Shown piece after piece: positions 26,242 through 30,620 of a DNA stretch of 30,620 nucleotides (positions within the stretch are counted from its first letter, which is position 1; each line of letters opens with the position of its first letter). The position numbers and the translations under genes are program-made. A model generated the notes under the pieces. The model saw only the letters and a program-made list of their open reading frames with translations, made no database searches and was not told the DNA's origin. Location: positions 1 to 30,620 of the IMG/VR virus record IMGVR_UViG_3300033153_010544. The stretch is one strand, 5' to 3'. The DNA comes from a virus. Lineage: Duplodnaviria; Caudoviricetes.

Positions 26242-26530
26242 GGTGTCCGGTCTCCTTTCTCGGTTAGATTGTTTACATTGATGACGGTTTCATTATCAAC
26301 ACAACGGTTTCTTTCTGCCTTTTCTATGGTTGTAAAGAATCTGGCCTTGCGGTTTCCATGCCAGCTATTGCCTGCACACTGATTAAGCCAATTTTAATAT
26401 AGCTAACATACCAGCCGTGCTCTTTTTGTATCATTATCTCCGCCGTGTCGGTTTCTCCGTCGTGCCTCGTAAATAATAGATTATATTTCTTTGTTTTAAA
26501 ACCTTCCCTTGATCTGTGGATTATTTCCAT
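26238..26530 (-). CDS. Hypothetical protein with an apparent -1 frame break (about 26345-26395)
   Basis: Second frame ...KARFFTTIEKAERNRCVDNETVINV... ends in an ATGA overlap with the next gene. Confidence 0.6.
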
Positions 26531-26575
26531 TTATACCTCCCGGGTTGTGGGTTATTAGTTTATCTACCCGTTTAT

Positions 26576-26604
26576 AATATAGGACATCACAGCTTACTTG
26601 TCAA
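26576..26604 (-). promoter_or_regulatory. sigma70-type leftward promoter of the early island
   Basis: TTGACA-N17-TATATT. Confidence 0.8.
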
Positions 26605-26748
26605 GCTTTATCTTATCTTTTTTTTATCCTGAAATCATTATATATTTGCCCTCCCTGTGGGCTGTTGTGTCTTAGTCTGCAACACTCTGTTATAATAGAA
26701 TAAAACTATACCGAAACGGGGAAAAGAAACTGAGTAACAAATAAACAC

Positions 26749-26778
26749 TTGACATCTTCTTTCATAACATACTATAAA
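26749..26778 (+). promoter_or_regulatory. Possible rightward promoter
   Basis: TTGACA-N18-TATAAA. Confidence 0.5.
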
Positions 26779-26851
26779 CCCTTCCATCTTTTTACCATCA
26801 ATCAATTATATCCCGTCTCCATAGTTTTAAGTCCGGTTAAGCTAGATCCAG

Positions 26852-27217
26852 TTGCGTGACGCTGGTCTGAACCTCCAGGAAATTGGTGATATGTGCGGTT
26901 GTTCAAAGGCTAATGTTTCCGCCCGGTTAAAGGCTGTTAAGGCTGAATTTAAGGGCCTGGCGGTGTTCAAGGATAAGAGGGCCGATATTCTGGCCTTGAT
27001 GCAGCAGAAGATGCTCTATTCTTTGACGGACAAGGATATAAAACGGATGCCTGGCGGTTCCCGGGTGCTTGCCATGTGTCAACTGTACGATAAGGAACGG
27101 ATCGAACGTGGTCAACCTGGGGTTTACGTCCAATATTCTGACTTCCAGGGTGAACTTGACGACGTTAACAGTGAAATCAAGCAGTTAGAAATGGAACTGG
27201 CCGAGCTGGGAGGGTGA
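26852..27217 (+). CDS. HTH protein, probable terminase small subunit (start uncertain)
   Basis: GLNLQEIGDMCGCSKANVSARL HTH, LYDKERIERGQ, coiled-coil tail; position before the late genes. Confidence 0.6.
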   Translation: MRDAGLNLQEIGDMCGCSKANVSARLKAVKAEFKGLAVFKDKRADILALMQQKMLYSLTDKDIKRMPGGSRVLAMCQLYDKERIERGQPGVYVQYSDFQGELDDVNSEIKQLEMELAELGG

Positions 27218-27346
27218 CGGGTGGCCTGGTCGGATTAGCCTGGCCGTGATCGGCGCCCTGGTCTGGGTTATCAGCTACCTGGTGACCTCTTGTTTGCTCT
27301 GATTTACTGGGAAATATGGAGATATCCCCTTGATAATAATATTGAT

Positions 27347-27374
27347 AGTTAACATAATACATCTTATAAGACGC
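27347..27374 (-). other. dif-like XerC/XerD recombination site
   Basis: GCGTCTTATAA-GATGTA-TTATGTTAACT, 11-6-11 layout. Confidence 0.8.
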
Positions 27375-27654
27375 GCCGCTGCATGGTGTGCCTGCCCTGG
27401 TCGGGCCTGTTCTTTTCGTGGGCCTGGTCTGATCGCGCCCGGTCCCGGCATGGTTTGCCCTGGAACCGGAACCGCCCCAGCCCGCGGCCTGGAAAGGCCG
27501 ACCCCCAAAATACGGTGGAGCGAAGCTATATCTCCTAATCCCATAGATTCCAATAAATATAAAACAACAGGACATAACGTCCTATGGGTTATGTTCAGGT
27601 TGGCTAAAATGATTAACCGGCTGTATTTATTTCAAATTTTAAAAAGGAAATTAA

Positions 27655-28164
27655 GTGGCTGAAAGAACTGGTATAAAATTATCTTCACTCGCTAAAGATT
27701 TAGGGTTGACCGCCAGGGATGTTTACGAGGCTTTATTATCTTATGGAAATTTAAACCAGCGGAAGGTCCTTGCATATTCGGGCGAAGATCTTGTAATCCC
27801 CGAGAGCTTGCATGCGGAGTTACTGGAGATAAACGATCATTTACAGGAACTTATATATTCCGAGGTTCTGATAGAAGAAACAGCTTCCACCCAGATCCCG
27901 TTTGATTCTATGCCGAGAGTATATTTTCTTTTAGATGGGAAGGTGATTGTCTATATTGGACAGAGTTTGTCGATAGCCGGTAGGATCAATAAGCACTCAG
28001 AAAGCAAAACATTTAACAGGGTTGCGACGTTTAAGGTCACACAGGATGAACTATCTATAACTGAAGCGATGAATATAAATTATTATCATCCGGTATATAA
28101 CATACACACAGCACTTACCGGCCAATATATCGAAAATATATTATCAAGGGTATCGGTTTGGTAA
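27655..28164 (+). CDS. GIY-YIG nuclease-domain protein with an N-terminal HTH-like region
   Basis: RVYFL....IVYIGQS....RI..H...E...I..Y.P.YN. Confidence 0.75.
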   Translation: MAERTGIKLSSLAKDLGLTARDVYEALLSYGNLNQRKVLAYSGEDLVIPESLHAELLEINDHLQELIYSEVLIEETASTQIPFDSMPRVYFLLDGKVIVYIGQSLSIAGRINKHSESKTFNRVATFKVTQDELSITEAMNINYYHPVYNIHTALTGQYIENILSRVSVW

Positions 28165-28374
28165 AATTGCATCAAGCGCAACAAGATAAAGTTAAAGCCC
28201 CACAAAAATGGGCACTTGTTGTACGAGACGAAACAAATTGAGGTGGTTATGATTATGCTGATCGAAAGATGCAGCGATGCCGGGGCAAGATTCCTCGTTA
28301 AAACTTCATCTGCTGGGTAAGAGCATCGGTAAACCCACGGCATAATTAAGTTAAGGTTGGATGGGAGGTAAAAT

Positions 28375-28551
28375 ATGAATGGTGAAAGAGCAAAAAAGAT
28401 AAGGGGTATGCTTGGCTATCGGGTTGAAGAAGATCCTTGTACTCGCCGTAAATATACCCTTGGCCATGGAGGTGTGATCTGCACGGGTCTTCGTAGAACG
28501 TATCTTGTATTAAAAAGAAAGGTTAGCTATGGACAAGTCCACGATAATTGA
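28375..28551 (+). CDS. 58-aa basic protein (not in ORF track)
   Basis: GGAGGT RBS; MNGERAKKIR...R.Y..LK. Confidence 0.7.
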   Translation: MNGERAKKIRGMLGYRVEEDPCTRRKYTLGHGGVICTGLRRTYLVLKRKVSYGQVHDN

Positions 28552-28993
28552 CCCTAAGCCGCCTTCTGTGCCCCTGGGCCAGTGGTCAAGGTCGATAATA
28601 ATCGATCCAAAAAGGGATGATCTGCTGGCTATTTTTAAGGAAAAGAAGGTTGAGTTCTATCCGGAAGTGGGTAATTTTGCATATTGTCCCACCAAAGAGT
28701 CGTACTTGACTGTTATGAGTGCCGGGATTAAGAGGGAAGGGTCTAAGGCCGAGTTATTCCAGTCTGAGATTGGTGCGCTGGTAGCCTGGGATAACACTAT
28801 ACGGAAGATAATCTCCGGTTTGAACGGGAAATTGACGGTTTTCTGGCGAAAAATGCCGGAAATGAGGTTTTTTGAACCATTTGAGGGGAATTATCAGCGC
28901 TGGACGGTATATTCAAGGTTTAGGATTTCGAATTTAAAGATTGTTCAAAGCGCAAATTATAAGGATGTAAACTTTAAAGAGATGGGAGGATAG
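28529..28993 (+). CDS. Hypothetical protein
   Basis: 154-aa ORF in the operon. Confidence 0.75.
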   Translation: MDKSTIIDPKPPSVPLGQWSRSIIIDPKRDDLLAIFKEKKVEFYPEVGNFAYCPTKESYLTVMSAGIKREGSKAELFQSEIGALVAWDNTIRKIISGLNGKLTVFWRKMPEMRFFEPFEGNYQRWTVYSRFRISNLKIVQSANYKDVNFKEMGG

Positions 28994-28996
28994 ATT

Positions 28997-29155
28997 ATGG
29001 ATATTTTAATTTCTTTTTTGGTGGGCGTGGTAGCAGCTACAGTTGTGTGGTTTCTGATCGCCCGAAACAACAAGAAGCACGTCACGGATATTTTAAATTT
29101 GGATCCCAGGGCTAAATGGGGCGAGATCCTAAAAAAGATTCGCGAAAAACTATAG
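28997..29155 (+). CDS. 52-aa membrane protein (not in ORF track)
   Basis: GGAGG RBS; MDILISFLVGVVAATVVWFLIARNNKK. Confidence 0.75.
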   Translation: MDILISFLVGVVAATVVWFLIARNNKKHVTDILNLDPRAKWGEILKKIREKL

Positions 29156-29219
29156 TATCGGCTCTATTTTACGGAGCTTTTCTTTTTTCTAATAACTTTT
29201 TTTCTAATTGGAGGGCATT

Positions 29220-29615
29220 ATGGGTGACACTCATTTATCAGGACCGCTGCTCGTAGAGGCTGGAATAGAAGGTGCGAGGTTGTTTGCAACTGAAGGTGTG
29301 AAGAAGGTAGCAACGGTATATGCTGCTAATGTGGCTTTGGGCGATGTGGACTTTCCGACCGATTATATTGAGCTGGATGGGACTCTTGCTGCTGTCGGGA
29401 TTACCGAATTTACCCCGACGCCCGGCAAGACGTACGTTTTTGTATGCTCAAACTCTACTGAGGCGACGACACTAACGGCTTCTTCCGGTGTAACGTTGGA
29501 CGGGACTAACGATGTGGTGACTTTTGTGGCCGCAAACGATATTCTGGTATTGTTTGCAGTTTCTGCGACCAAATGTTTGGTTGTGGCTAATCCGCAGACG
29601 CTGACATTCAGTTAA
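29220..29615 (+). CDS. Probable virion structural (beta-rich, decoration-like) protein
   Basis: MGDTHLSGP start; T/A/V/G-rich. Confidence 0.55.
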   Translation: MGDTHLSGPLLVEAGIEGARLFATEGVKKVATVYAANVALGDVDFPTDYIELDGTLAAVGITEFTPTPGKTYVFVCSNSTEATTLTASSGVTLDGTNDVVTFVAANDILVLFAVSATKCLVVANPQTLTFS

Positions 29616-29616
29616 A

Positions 29617-29955
29617 ATGAAGCGTTACGGGGCTATACTGGCAATTTTAGGATCTCTGGTTGTCCTGGGATCCGTGGTGGTGGGCGCTTATACTCAATTT
29701 ACGACGAAAGAGCGCCACGTTTTAGATCACCAGGCCCAACAACTGGAAATTGCCGGTGTTTCGTTATTCCAACAGCAGGTCAGCACCCAGCAGCAGATTA
29801 AATGGTTGGAACAGGATCTTAGGGAATATTATAGAAAGTACGGGAAACCACCGTATTCTGATCCCGAGGTCCAGCTTGACTATGAAAAACTGAAGCGGGA
29901 TCTGGACGACGAAAGAGCTGCCCTGCGGGATATACGCAATAAGATTAAAAAATAA
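29617..29955 (+). CDS. N-terminal TM, coiled-coil protein
   Basis: Hydrophobic N-terminus followed by heptads. Confidence 0.7.
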   Translation: MKRYGAILAILGSLVVLGSVVVGAYTQFTTKERHVLDHQAQQLEIAGVSLFQQQVSTQQQIKWLEQDLREYYRKYGKPPYSDPEVQLDYEKLKRDLDDERAALRDIRNKIKK

Positions 29956-29966
29956 AGGAGCGCATA

Positions 29967-30188
29967 ATGCATATAAATGATAAAGATGATAACTGGCAAC
30001 ATCGATCAGAGCGTATGCGTTGCAGCACTTGTATGTGGTGGGTTAAAAAAAGCTCTCTTTCTGAAAATCCTACCACCGGGGCAGAAATCGGTCGTTGTCG
30101 CAAAGGGGCACCAACGATGTGCGGATGGCCGGTATTATTTGCTACCGACTGGTGTGGGCAGCACAAATTGGACGAAACTAAAATATAG
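29967..30188 (+). CDS. Small Cys-rich protein
   Basis: CSTC.WW..GRCR..P..WP....DWCGQH; AAGGAG RBS. Confidence 0.75.
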   Translation: MHINDKDDNWQHRSERMRCSTCMWWVKKSSLSENPTTGAEIGRCRKGAPTMCGWPVLFATDWCGQHKLDETKI

Positions 30189-30199
30189 GAGATTAACCT

Positions 30200-30427
30200 A
30201 TGGGTTATGACGTAAAAGCCTGGCTGTCGAATAAAATTTTTGGCGGCGGCGAAAGGGGCGAGGATCCCCAGGAGGGTGTTTCCGGGTATATGAAGCCCAA
30301 GGCCGGTGTGACAAGGAAGTTGGACGAGGCTGGCGATATTAGCGGGCCTCCTCCGCGCAGAGGCGACACTGATGGCGATTATGATACATACACTGAAGAC
30401 CGCAACCTGGATGAAGACGAAGATTAA
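30200..30427 (+). CDS. Acidic, probably disordered hypothetical protein
   Basis: AGGAG RBS. Confidence 0.65.
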   Translation: MGYDVKAWLSNKIFGGGERGEDPQEGVSGYMKPKAGVTRKLDEAGDISGPPPRRGDTDGDYDTYTEDRNLDEDED

Positions 30428-30620
30428 TGCGAGGGATTAGCCTTTATTTACATAATGGGCAACCGCGGCAGCTTCAACGAGTGTCGGCATCCCTGAAACC
30501 GGCTGTTGGACTGTATGAAATAAAAAAGTCAGCGCCAGCGGGAAGTTTAGCCAGTCGAAAAGCTCTGGCCCCAAAACGACAGTCGAGGGCGAAACGTAGC
30601 CAGACTGGAGCTTTGCCTGG

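Larger units (their letters stand above)
1..30620. mobile_element. Tailed dsDNA bacteriophage/prophage genome segment
   Basis: Dense small ORFs, lysis cassette, phage replication module (initiator, DnaB, RuvC-like), large polyvalent protein; no host housekeeping operons. Confidence 0.95.

Noticed and set aside
27177-27662. GC-rich ORFs over the dif-like region
   Set aside because: Low-complexity G/P/R/A translations with no RBS; best read as non-coding
28225-28270. Hammerhead ribozyme
   Set aside because: CGAAAC is present, but CTGATCGA does not match CUGANGA and stems I/II cannot form
16196-28993. TAG stop-codon reassignment
   Set aside because: TAG ends genes cleanly at gene boundaries, and the frame breaks need indels rather than readthrough

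Overview
The whole window reads as a tailed dsDNA phage or prophage segment, covering nearly all of the non-structural half of the genome. Left to right: (1) the 3' part of a giant polyvalent/virion-ejection protein gene (SAP-like motifs, HExxH zincin, ART-PolyVal-like domain broken by a frameshift, helical C-terminus); (2) an NlpC/P60 endolysin and holin; (3) a leftward block of small genes including a methyltransferase-like gene, an HNH protein, an SSB-like protein and a Cas4-like exonuclease; (4) divergent sigma70 promoters; (5) a rightward replication block (initiator with iterons, DnaB, RuvC-like, MazG-like, Acb2/Tad1-like); (6) a leftward early-gene island; (7) a small-terminase-like HTH gene, a dif-like XerCD site and the first late genes. 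I recognise no integrase, partition or CI repressor gene. The most unusual signals are the dif-like site, a duplicated small membrane-protein gene bracketed by structured RNA elements (one a T-loop multi-stem element flanked by 18-bp direct repeats), and an overprinted ORF inside the giant gene. Five frame breaks suggest indel errors or gene decay. All family calls come from motif recognition by eye, not database searches.
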